In this document: positions 25,506-34,081 of the stretch, piece after piece
How the letters are laid out: each line of letters opens with the position of its first letter
Position numbering within the stretch: the stretch's first letter is position 1
Assembly (NCBI GenBank): GCA_964414925.1
Contig: CAYPXV010000002.1
Span: forward strand, 1 to 41,935
DNA: 41,935 nucleotides
Source: an uncultured Clostridium sp.
GTDB lineage: Bacteria; Bacillota; Clostridia; Christensenellales; CAG-138
Direction: 5' to 3'
Notes under the pieces: generated by a model
What the model was told of the DNA's origin: nothing
What the model saw: the letters and a program-made list of their open reading frames with translations, nothing else
The model's database searches: none
Program-made: the position numbers and the translations under genes

Positions 25506-26816
25506 TTGTTTATAACCGAATTGATTGAGAAAAAAAGAGACGGCTTCGCTCACACAAAACAGGAACTTGAGTTCATCATTAAAGGTGTTGTTGACGGCTC
25601 TATAGCCGATTATCAGCTTACAGCCTGGATGATGGCGGTCTGCTGCCGCGGAATGACCGATGAGGAAACGGCATACTTGACCCTTGCAATGATGAATTCG
25701 GGCGATGTCGTCGATTTATCCGACCTTGACGGTGTAAAGGTGGATAAACATTCCACAGGCGGTGTGGGAGATACTACAACTCTTATCGTCGCTCCCCTTG
25801 TTGCCGCTTGCGGCGGCACTGTCGCCAAAATGAGCGGCAGAGGTCTTGCGCACTCGGGCGGAACGCTCGATAAGCTTGAATCCGTTCCCGGCGTCTGCGT
25901 TGAGCAGAGTTTGGAAAACTTTAAAAATATCATAAGAAAAATCGGTGTCTGCGTTATAGGACAGTCGGGTAATCTCGACCCTGCGGATAAACGTATGTAT
26001 GCACTTCGTGATGTCAGCGGTACTGTCGCCTGTATTCCGCTTATCGCTTCAAGCATAATGAGTAAAAAACTTGCCGCCGGTTCGCAGGCAATAGTTCTTG
26101 ATGTCAAGTTCGGTCAGGGTGCTTTTATGCACACATTCGAAGATGCCGAGAAATTGGCAAGATGTATGGTTGATATCGGTAAAAAACTCAACAGGCAGAC
26201 TGTTGCCGTTATAACCGACATGAACCGCCCACTCGGTATGGCTGTCGGTAACGGTCTTGAAATGCGAGAGGCTATTCAGGCACTTAACGGACAGATTGAT
26301 GAGGATGACCCGCTGATGAAGGTAAGCTTCGTTCTTGCGGAGAAAATGTTGGTTTTGTCACATTTGGCAAAGGATAGCACCGAGGCACATCAAATGCTTG
26401 CCGATGCCGTTAAAAGCGGAAAGGCGGCGAACAGACTCAGAACCATGCTCGAACTTATGGGCGGTGACGTTTCGTTCTTTGATTGCCCCGATAAGCTTGT
26501 CAATGCACGAAAAGTCGTTTCGCTTGGCGCAGCCGAATCGGGTTTTATAAGCGGTATCGATGCTAAAAGCATCGGACTTGCCGCCCTTGCTCTGGGTGCG
26601 GGACGTAAAGTCGTTACCGATAAAATCGACCCTGCCGTCGGTGTTTTGATGAATAAACGCTGTGGTGATTGCGTTGAAAAAGGTGAGACTTTAGCTTATT
26701 TGTATGTAAATGACGAAACTAACCTCAGTCAGGCTGTTGAACTGATTGATAATGCCGTTTCCGTCTCAAATGTCGAAGCGGAAAATAAACCCTTGATTTA
26801 TAAGATTATTGAGTGA
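25506..26816 (+). CDS. pdp: Pyrimidine-nucleoside (thymidine) phosphorylase
   Basis: LIEKKRDG, VDKHSTGGVGD and GRGLAHSGGTLDKLES motifs. TTG start 4 nt after GGAGGAG. Confidence 0.9.
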   Translation: MFITELIEKKRDGFAHTKQELEFIIKGVVDGSIADYQLTAWMMAVCCRGMTDEETAYLTLAMMNSGDVVDLSDLDGVKVDKHSTGGVGDTTTLIVAPLVAACGGTVAKMSGRGLAHSGGTLDKLESVPGVCVEQSLENFKNIIRKIGVCVIGQSGNLDPADKRMYALRDVSGTVACIPLIASSIMSKKLAAGSQAIVLDVKFGQGAFMHTFEDAEKLARCMVDIGKKLNRQTVAVITDMNRPLGMAVGNGLEMREAIQALNGQIDEDDPLMKVSFVLAEKMLVLSHLAKDSTEAHQMLADAVKSGKAANRLRTMLELMGGDVSFFDCPDKLVNARKVVSLGAAESGFISGIDAKSIGLAALALGAGRKVVTDKIDPAVGVLMNKRCGDCVEKGETLAYLYVNDETNLSQAVELIDNAVSVSNVEAENKPLIYKIIE

Positions 26817-26819
26817 AAT

Positions 26820-27842
26820 ATGAAAACCAGTGATTTTTATTACGATTTACCCAAAGAGCTTATAGCGCAGTATCCCATTGAGGATCGCTCCGGTTCAAGA
26901 CTTCTTGTCTATAACAGGGAAAAAAGAACCATAGAGGATAAAATCTTTACCGATATAATCGATTACCTCAATCCCGGAGACGTGCTTGTCAGAAATGATA
27001 CCAGGGTGATCCCAGCAAGGATTATCGCTCATCGTGAACAGACGGGCGGTACGATGGAATTTCTGCTTCTTAACCGCATTGAAGGTAACAAGTGGGAATG
27101 TCTTGCCAAACCAGGTCGCCGTGCCAAATCGGGTCTTACCTTTAAAGTCAGTGATGAACTGTATGTAAAGGTATTAGATACGCTTCAGGACGGAAATAAA
27201 ATCGTCGAGCTTGAATATGACGGAATTTTGGAAGAAATTCTCGATAGGGCAGGCGAGATGCCTTTGCCGCCCTATATCACTCAAAAACTTGACGATAAAA
27301 CCCGTTATCAAACCGTCTATGCAAAGGAAAACGGTTCGGCTGCCGCACCTACCGCAGGACTGCATTTCACCCCTCAACTTCTTGAACGCATACAGGATAA
27401 GGGCGTTGAAATCGTGGATGTACTCCTTCATGTGGGCTTAGGTACTTTCAGACCCGTTTCCGTCGAAAATGTCGAAGAACATCATATGCACTCGGAATAT
27501 TATCGTTGTACAAAGGAGGCGGCTGATAAAATCAATGCCGCAAGAAAAAGCGGCGGCAGAATCGTTGCCGTCGGAACTACCAGTTGCAGAACGCTTGAAA
27601 GTATTACCGATGAAAACGGTATCGTACATCCGGGCAGCGGTATGACAGATATCTTTATTACTCCCGGTTATAGGTTTAAGGCTGTCGATGCTCTTATTAC
27701 CAATTTCCATTTGCCCGAGTCAACCCTTATGATGCTCGTTTCCGCATTTGCTTCCAAGGAGGAGGTCATGAAGGTTTATGACCATGCCGTTAAACAAAAA
27801 TATCGCTTCTTCTCCTTCGGCGATGCTTCATTATTTTATTAG
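26820..27842 (+). CDS. queA: S-adenosylmethionine:tRNA ribosyltransferase-isomerase
   Basis: [19 protein letters not shown]...RSGSRLLV and ...[17 protein letters not shown].... Confidence 0.95.
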   Translation: MKTSDFYYDLPKELIAQYPIEDRSGSRLLVYNREKRTIEDKIFTDIIDYLNPGDVLVRNDTRVIPARIIAHREQTGGTMEFLLLNRIEGNKWECLAKPGRRAKSGLTFKVSDELYVKVLDTLQDGNKIVELEYDGILEEILDRAGEMPLPPYITQKLDDKTRYQTVYAKENGSAAAPTAGLHFTPQLLERIQDKGVEIVDVLLHVGLGTFRPVSVENVEEHHMHSEYYRCTKEAADKINAARKSGGRIVAVGTTSCRTLESITDENGIVHPGSGMTDIFITPGYRFKAVDALITNFHLPESTLMMLVSAFASKEEVMKVYDHAVKQKYRFFSFGDASLFY

Positions 27843-27857
27843 GTAAAGGATTTTCTT

Positions 27858-28976
27858 ATGGATAAACCCGTTTATTATGAACCGATTTCGGTGTGCAGCC
27901 AGTCGGGTGCCAGGCTCGGCAGATTGCATACTCCGCATGGCGTTATCGATACTCCGTGCTTTATGGCTGTAGGCACACAAGCAACAGTCAAAGCTATGAC
28001 TCCCAGAGACCTTAAAGAGGTCGGCGCAGGCATAGTTCTTTCAAATACCTATCATCTGTTTTTAAGACCCGGACATGAACTGGTTCGTGAAGCAGGCGGT
28101 TTGCATGAGTTCAGTCGTTGGGATGGACCAATGCTTACCGACAGCGGCGGATTTCAGGTGTTCAGCCTTGCCGCAATGAATAAAATTCGTGAGGACGGTG
28201 TTGAATTTCATTCCCATATCGACGGAAGAAAACTGTTCTTTACACCCGAATATGTCATGGAAATAGAACAGGCTTTGGGTGCCGATATAGCTATGGCATT
28301 CGATGAATGTGCCCCTGCCGATTGCGATAAAAACTATGCCGTTCAAGCTATGAACAGAACTCATCGCTGGGCAGAACGCTGTAAATTGAGCCACCATCGT
28401 GAGGATCAGGCTCTGTTCGGAATAGTTCAGGGCGGTATGTTTAAGGACTTGAGAATAGAAAGTGCCAAGACCCTTGCCGCTATGGATTTTCCCGGTTACG
28501 GTATCGGCGGTTTGAGCGTCGGTGAACCTAAACCCGTGATGTATGAAATGCTCGAAAATCTTATGCCCTTCCTCCCTGCGGACAAGCCCCATTACCTCAT
28601 GGGCGTAGGAAGTCCCGATTGCCTTGTGGAAGGTGCAATACGAGGTATCGATATGTTCGATTGCGTTCTTCAAACCCGTTCCGCTCGTAACGGTCTTGCC
28701 CTTACCTTCGAGGGCAAAAAGATGCTCAGAAATGCTCAGTTTGCGCATGACTTCTCTCCGATTGAGGAGGATTGCGACTGCTATGCTTGCCGTAACTTCT
28801 CCCGTGCTTATATTCGTCACCTTATCAAAGCAGGAGAAATACTTGCCGCAGAGCTTATCACAATGCATAACCTCCGCTTTACCTACAGGCTTATGGAGGG
28901 AATAAGGGACGCTATTCGTAATAACCGTCTGCTCGACTATCGCAGAGAATTGATTGAAAGAGGAACGTTCAATTGA
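27858..28976 (+). CDS. tgt: Queuine tRNA-ribosyltransferase (tRNA-guanine transglycosylase)
   Basis: [17 protein letters not shown] and the zinc site CDCYAC...H. Confidence 0.95.
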   Translation: MDKPVYYEPISVCSQSGARLGRLHTPHGVIDTPCFMAVGTQATVKAMTPRDLKEVGAGIVLSNTYHLFLRPGHELVREAGGLHEFSRWDGPMLTDSGGFQVFSLAAMNKIREDGVEFHSHIDGRKLFFTPEYVMEIEQALGADIAMAFDECAPADCDKNYAVQAMNRTHRWAERCKLSHHREDQALFGIVQGGMFKDLRIESAKTLAAMDFPGYGIGGLSVGEPKPVMYEMLENLMPFLPADKPHYLMGVGSPDCLVEGAIRGIDMFDCVLQTRSARNGLALTFEGKKMLRNAQFAHDFSPIEEDCDCYACRNFSRAYIRHLIKAGEILAAELITMHNLRFTYRLMEGIRDAIRNNRLLDYRRELIERGTFN

Positions 28977-29428
28977 TAAAGCAGATTGTTGTTAAGTCGG
29001 AGTCCGAAATGCTTCGTCTCGGGAAGAACGTTGCGAATTTACTTTCAAGCGGTGACTTTATCGCACTGTTCGGCGGACTTGGAGCAGGAAAAACGACTTT
29101 CGTCAAAGGCTTGGCGGATGCGCTGGGAATCCGAAACGTTTCAAGCCCCACTTTTAATATCGTAAAACGTTACGATGCTAAATTAAAATTGGATCACTTC
29201 GATTGCTACCGCCTTGACAGCTATGAGGATTTGATGAATATTGGTTTCGATGACTACCTCAATGACGAAAGCGTCATCGTTATGGAGTGGAGCGAAAATG
29301 TCACCGAAGCTTTGCCGACGGAAAGACTTGAAATCCATATAAACGGCAGCGGTGCGCAAACCAGAACGGTTGAACTGGTTGCCGAAACCGAACATTACAT
29401 AGCTATTGTAAATAAACTGCTGTGGTGA
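28973..29428 (+). CDS. tsaE: tRNA t6A37 biosynthesis ATPase TsaE
   Basis: [20 protein letters not shown] Walker A, SPTFNIV and DCYRL motifs. The TTG start overlaps the tgt stop. Confidence 0.85.
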   Translation: MIKQIVVKSESEMLRLGKNVANLLSSGDFIALFGGLGAGKTTFVKGLADALGIRNVSSPTFNIVKRYDAKLKLDHFDCYRLDSYEDLMNIGFDDYLNDESVIVMEWSENVTEALPTERLEIHINGSGAQTRTVELVAETEHYIAIVNKLLW

Positions 29429-29500
29429 TTGCTTAATCGATTATGAAAATTCGGTGTATGCCGTTTGTGCCGCAGCGAGGCGGCGGAAAGGAGATTAATT

Positions 29501-30136
29501 ATGAAGCTTGTTGCGATTTCGACTTCCGCAAAATATCCGTCGGTCGCTATTTTGAATGATGACGGAACTATTATCATGAAACAGGATGAAAGCGGTAGAC
29601 CTCATTCGGTTTCGCTTATGCCTCTTTTGGATGAACTGCTTGAAGCGAATAATCTGAATATCTCGGATATGTACGCCATAGCCGTGGATGTCGGTCCCGG
29701 TTCCTTTACCGGAGTCAGAATCGGTGTGTCAACGGCAAATGCGCTTGCTTTTTCGACAGGGAAAAAACTTATTCCCGTCTGTTCGCTTGCAGCACTTAAA
29801 CACCTTGCACCGCCGTACAGTACCGTGTTGAGCCTTATAGATGCCAGAAATACCAATGCTTACGGTGCGGTTTACGCAATGGGCAGATGTATAATAGACC
29901 CCTGCGCATGTAATCAGCGCGACATTATCGCCGCCTGCGAAAGTATAGGAATACTAAATGAAGATGCTGTCTTGGTCGGCGATTGCTTCGGACAAAATGA
30001 TATCGTCAATGCGGAACTTGTTATAAAACAGGCACTTGAAATGTTGAACGAAGATCCGCTCAATGTTGCGGTCGATTCTGTTACGCCCATGTATCTGAGA
30101 CCTTCCCAGGCGGAGAGAATGAAAAACGAAAGATAA
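29501..30136 (+). CDS. tsaB: tRNA t6A37 biosynthesis protein TsaB (YeaZ family)
   Basis: MKLVAISTS... and VDVGPGSFTGVRIGVSTANALA. The ATG at 29501 is preceded by ggagattaatt. Confidence 0.8.
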   Translation: MKLVAISTSAKYPSVAILNDDGTIIMKQDESGRPHSVSLMPLLDELLEANNLNISDMYAIAVDVGPGSFTGVRIGVSTANALAFSTGKKLIPVCSLAALKHLAPPYSTVLSLIDARNTNAYGAVYAMGRCIIDPCACNQRDIIAACESIGILNEDAVLVGDCFGQNDIVNAELVIKQALEMLNEDPLNVAVDSVTPMYLRPSQAERMKNER

Positions 30137-30151
30137 GGATGAAATATTGGA

Positions 30152-31060
30152 ATGGATAAAATAATCAGAGGTTTGTTGCTCGATAAAACCGTAAACGTTA
30201 TCGCCGTTTCGGCAAAGGATATGGTGGAAAAGGCAAGAAGAACTCATAAACTCAGCAGAGTTTGTACTGCCGCTCTCGGTAGAGTTATGCTTGCTACATC
30301 CATGATGAGTGCAAAACTTAAAAGTGAAGATGATATTATCACAGTTACCGTCTCGGGTAACGGTCCTGCCGGTAATATCACAGTAGTCGGTCGTGAAGGC
30401 GGTATCGTAAAAGGATACGTTTCCAACCCCGACGTGGAACTGCCATTAAATCAACTCGGTAAGCTCGATGTCGGTGCGGCTGTCGGTCATAGCGGTGAAC
30501 TGCGTGTTATTCGTGACTTTTCACTTAAAGAACCTTATGTCGGAAGCTGCCACCTTGTCAACGGAGAAATTGCCGAGGATTTCGCACGCTATTTTGCCGT
30601 CAGCGAACAACAACCGTCACTGGTTTATCTGGGTGTTCGTGTAGAGCCTGCTTCGGGTGAAGTCAGAAGTGCGGCGGGTCTTATTATCGCTCCGCTTCCG
30701 AATTGCCCCGATGCAGAACTTGACAGACTTGAAGCTTTGGGCGGAGAAATATCGAATTTGTCTAAACTTTTAGACGGGGATGAGTCATTGGATAATGCGG
30801 TTGAAAACCTGTTTAAGGATTTTGATTTCGAAAAAACCGAACAGATGACTCCCGAATTCCGCTGCGATTGCAGCAGTGATAAACTTAAAACTATACTCGT
30901 TTCCCTTGGATGCGATGAACTTAAATCCATTATCGAAGAAGATGGTCAGGCGGAAATAGTATGTAGATTCTGTAACACCAAATATCAATTCGGGAAGGAT
31001 ACTCTTACGGAACTTCTCGAATACGCTCAAAATGAGGAGGTAAATGCGAATGTTGATTAA
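30152..31060 (+). CDS. hslO: Redox-regulated chaperone Hsp33
   Basis: Hsp33 core plus the C-terminal zinc centre CDCS...(x)...CRFC. Confidence 0.9.
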   Translation: MDKIIRGLLLDKTVNVIAVSAKDMVEKARRTHKLSRVCTAALGRVMLATSMMSAKLKSEDDIITVTVSGNGPAGNITVVGREGGIVKGYVSNPDVELPLNQLGKLDVGAAVGHSGELRVIRDFSLKEPYVGSCHLVNGEIAEDFARYFAVSEQQPSLVYLGVRVEPASGEVRSAAGLIIAPLPNCPDAELDRLEALGGEISNLSKLLDGDESLDNAVENLFKDFDFEKTEQMTPEFRCDCSSDKLKTILVSLGCDELKSIIEEDGQAEIVCRFCNTKYQFGKDTLTELLEYAQNEEVNANVD

Positions 31061-32843
31061 GAAGAAAAAGGATGTAGTCGTTCTTGACTATTCATCAAAA
31101 GAACTTGAAACCATGGCGGACCAGAAGATATTCGCCGGCGAATATCTTGAGGCTTTGACAATTCTCGAAAGCATTAGAAGAAAATCGGGAGAGAGTGACG
31201 ATAACCTCATAAAGCGTATAAACGTCTTGCTCGATATAGGCGATTTCGACGATGCGCTTATGTGTATCTCACGTTATATGGCAAAACATGGAGAACAAAC
31301 AGATAGATCGCTTTACTTGCTCGGTCAGCTCTACCTTACTACAGGTGATTATGAGGCAGCAACGCAGGTCTTTTCCAATATCAAAGCAACCAAAGATTCC
31401 GACTTGACGGAAGAAGAACTCCATGCCCTTGCCGATTCTTTGGAACAATGCACCGATGCAATGGAAACCATTATTAAAGACTTTAAGGCGGAAATAGGCG
31501 ATGTTGAACCCGAAGACTGCACACGAATAGTCGATGTGGAACAACTTGACTATGATAATATGCTAAAAGAAGCAGAGCGTTTTTATGACGAGGAAAACTA
31601 TGCGCAGGCGATAGAAATACTTGAACCCTATGCGCTTGAACATCCCGAAGATATACAGACGTCATATCTGCTGCTTATGGCATACTATGTAGGTCATGAA
31701 ACGGACAGGGGTGTAAAATACTTAACTAAAGTTCGTAATGATTTAAGCAAAATGCCACGTATCAGATGCGCTACCGCGATGATTTTCCTTGCGGCAGGCT
31801 TGAAGGGCGATGCTAAGTCCGAATGTGAAATCGTTCTGAAATCAGACTGTCCCGATGCCGAAACCGCTGCGAAAATTTACGCAATGCTCTGCGAAATAGG
31901 CGGCATGGAAGAGGAAGAGCTTAAATACGCAAAGCTTTGCTACTCGCTTAATCAGTACAGCAAAAATAATATCCACATTTACGCACGTTCGCTTGCTCTG
32001 CACGGCGAAAGGGAAAATGCGATCATAATGTATAACAACATCCTGAAGCTTTCGCCCGATGATGTTGAAGCAAAGCACTACATTAACCTGCTAAAGACGA
32101 AAGAAGTCATCGGTAAAAACGATATTCAAATGTCGTATGCGCTTCCCGTACAGGTTTTTGTGGATAATTTGGCTCAGATTTTCTCTTCTTTGAGAAAAGG
32201 CGCACGTATGCCGGCGGAGAATATTCCGTTTATAAGACAAGCACTCGTGTTCTTCGCAAAGGCAAATGCGATCGACTGGTTCCAAAAGTATTTGCCCGAA
32301 TGTGTGAAGTCTTATAAGAACAAAATCAACGATGTTTTTTATTTCATAATAAAGAACCCGATGATAAGTGACGATATAAAAGAAATTACCGTAAATGCGT
32401 TCCCGAAACTGAGTAAATCCTCCCTCGTCTATCACGATGGACTGCTGCTTCCTACCGGACTTGATGCCAAAGCCGACGAAATCGCCGAAGCAATGCAGAT
32501 AAGCCCCGAAGAAGAACGTCTTCAAAAATTGCTTGCAGAAAAGTATAGGGACGCTTGCAAGGAGACGATCAGTAACAAGTCAATGTATGAAAACGGCAGC
32601 TTCCTTTTGATTGCTTTCGTAGTGGGAAATTCCAAGTTCGACGAATCCCATATCGATGGTCTTGTCGCTGCGATTATCTACTGCACATACATCCTTGAAG
32701 ATAGAAGACCCGATCCGCATAAAGTTGCGGAAACGTACGGAGTTTCTCCCGAAAAGATGGATGAGGCGATGGAATTGATGAGAAATTCGTCTAAGGCACT
32801 TTCCAAATTATTGGATCTCGGTAATAAAAAAAGGAAAAAATGA
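31050..32843 (+). CDS. TPR-repeat protein of unknown function (about 597 aa)
   Basis: The N-terminal half has TPR-like repeats (GEYLEALTILE, GDFDDALMCI, GDYEAATQVF, ENYAQAIEIL, ENAIIMYNNILKLSPDD). I do not recognise the C-terminal ~230 aa. The ATG at 31050 is 9 nt after GGAGG, versus only 3 nt for the ATG at 31044. It overlaps the hslO stop and the start of the next gene (ATGA). Confidence 0.6.
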   Translation: MLIKKKKDVVVLDYSSKELETMADQKIFAGEYLEALTILESIRRKSGESDDNLIKRINVLLDIGDFDDALMCISRYMAKHGEQTDRSLYLLGQLYLTTGDYEAATQVFSNIKATKDSDLTEEELHALADSLEQCTDAMETIIKDFKAEIGDVEPEDCTRIVDVEQLDYDNMLKEAERFYDEENYAQAIEILEPYALEHPEDIQTSYLLLMAYYVGHETDRGVKYLTKVRNDLSKMPRIRCATAMIFLAAGLKGDAKSECEIVLKSDCPDAETAAKIYAMLCEIGGMEEEELKYAKLCYSLNQYSKNNIHIYARSLALHGERENAIIMYNNILKLSPDDVEAKHYINLLKTKEVIGKNDIQMSYALPVQVFVDNLAQIFSSLRKGARMPAENIPFIRQALVFFAKANAIDWFQKYLPECVKSYKNKINDVFYFIIKNPMISDDIKEITVNAFPKLSKSSLVYHDGLLLPTGLDAKADEIAEAMQISPEEERLQKLLAEKYRDACKETISNKSMYENGSFLLIAFVVGNSKFDESHIDGLVAAIIYCTYILEDRRPDPHKVAETYGVSPEKMDEAMELMRNSSKALSKLLDLGNKKRKK

Positions 32844-33958
32844 AAGAAAAGTTTATTGCGACATGCAAAATAGGACTTGAATCATTAACCGCACGGGAGT
32901 TGAAACGACTTGACATCGAGGTGGAACAGGTTCTCGATGCTCGTGTCGTATTCCGTGCGGACTACTTTGATATGGCAAGGGCTTGCCTGTGGCTTAGAAC
33001 GGCGGAAAGGATACTGCTTGTAGTAAGTGAGTTTAAAGCATTGTCCTTTGAAGAACTGTTTGAAGGTGTTAAAAAAATCGATTGGACGAAGTATCTTTTG
33101 CCCGATAATTTTATTCATGTCAACGGAAAATCGGCTAAAAGTAAGTTGTTTTCGGTTTCGGATTGCCAGAGCATTACCAAAAAGGCAATTATCGAATCCC
33201 TTAAACAGAGATATAAGCGTTCCTATTTTCCGGAAAACGGTAAAAGCGTCATAATCGAAGTCGGTATGCTCAGAGATATCGCTACAATTGCTCTGGATTG
33301 TTGCGGTGCGGGTCTGTCAAGACGCGGATACAGAACGTATAATGTCCCTGCCCCCATTTCCGAAACTTTGGGTGCTGCCATTGTTCTGCTGTCGGGCTAT
33401 AATGCCGACAGACCGCTGATAGATCCGACTTGTGGTTCGGGCACGATGCCGATAGAAGCGGCGATGATCGCAAAAAATATTGCCGTGGGCATGAACAGAA
33501 AGTTTAGTGCAGAGGATTGGCACTTTGTCAATCCCAATACTTTTTCGCTTGCAAGAGAACAGGCGCATGACAGCGTGAAAGATGTTCCGATAGATATTAT
33601 AGGTTCGGATATCGACCCAAGGTGCATTGATTTATGCAAAAAACACGCCAAAAAGGCAGGCGTTATGGTTAATTGGGCGGTAAAACCTTTGCAGCAGCTT
33701 GATGAATCGAGGAAAGGCGGAGTGCTTGTCTGTAATCCTCCTTACGGTGAAAGGCTTCTGGAAAAAAAGGAAGCCGAAAAACTTTATAGGCAGATGCACG
33801 GTGTCTTTTCACAGCTTAACGGTTGGAGCATCAACATCATCGCTTCCCATCCCGAGTTTGAACGCATCTACGGTAAACGTGCCGATAAAAGAAGAAAACT
33901 CTCAAACGGCGGCATGACTTGTACACTCTATAAGTTCTTTCCGCAGTATAAGGACTGA
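32840..33958 (+). CDS. THUMP-domain class I SAM-dependent RNA methyltransferase (RlmL-N/YpsC-like, UPF0020)
   Basis: N-terminal THUMP-like region, DPTCGSGTMPIEAA (SAM motif I) and VCNPPYGERL (motif IV). Confidence 0.8.
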   Translation: MKEKFIATCKIGLESLTARELKRLDIEVEQVLDARVVFRADYFDMARACLWLRTAERILLVVSEFKALSFEELFEGVKKIDWTKYLLPDNFIHVNGKSAKSKLFSVSDCQSITKKAIIESLKQRYKRSYFPENGKSVIIEVGMLRDIATIALDCCGAGLSRRGYRTYNVPAPISETLGAAIVLLSGYNADRPLIDPTCGSGTMPIEAAMIAKNIAVGMNRKFSAEDWHFVNPNTFSLAREQAHDSVKDVPIDIIGSDIDPRCIDLCKKHAKKAGVMVNWAVKPLQQLDESRKGGVLVCNPPYGERLLEKKEAEKLYRQMHGVFSQLNGWSINIIASHPEFERIYGKRADKRRKLSNGGMTCTLYKFFPQYKD

Positions 33959-33976
33959 TTTTCGTAAAATCAGTCC
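33952..33976 (+). other. Perfect 11-bp hairpin spanning the methyltransferase stop codon
   Basis: ggactgatttt-cgt-aaaatcagtcc. No U-tract follows, so it could be an RNA 3'-end or processing element or a weak terminator. Confidence 0.4.
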
Positions 33977-33978
33977 AA

Positions 33979-34007
33979 TTGCATATATGTAGGTCATATG
34001 GTATAAT
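33979..34007 (+). promoter_or_regulatory. Strong sigma-A-type promoter for the PBP gene
   Basis: -35 TTGCAT, 17-nt spacer ending in TGg (extended -10), -10 TATAAT. The ~70-nt leader contains the 16-nt palindrome gcttgattaatcaagc. Confidence 0.6.
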
Positions 34008-34081
34008 GAATTCGGGTTTTACCCGTTTGCACGACAATAAAACGAAAGGTAGCTTGATTAATCAAGCAAAAGGTCAACCGA

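Noticed and set aside
26790-26825. preQ1 riboswitch ahead of queA/tgt
   Set aside because: Only 3 nt separate pdp and queA, so there is no leader. queA and tgt are not de novo preQ1 synthesis genes anyway.
28062-28868. 268-aa minus-strand ORF inside tgt
   Set aside because: It is an antisense shadow of a canonical tgt gene. No start context or homology is recognisable.
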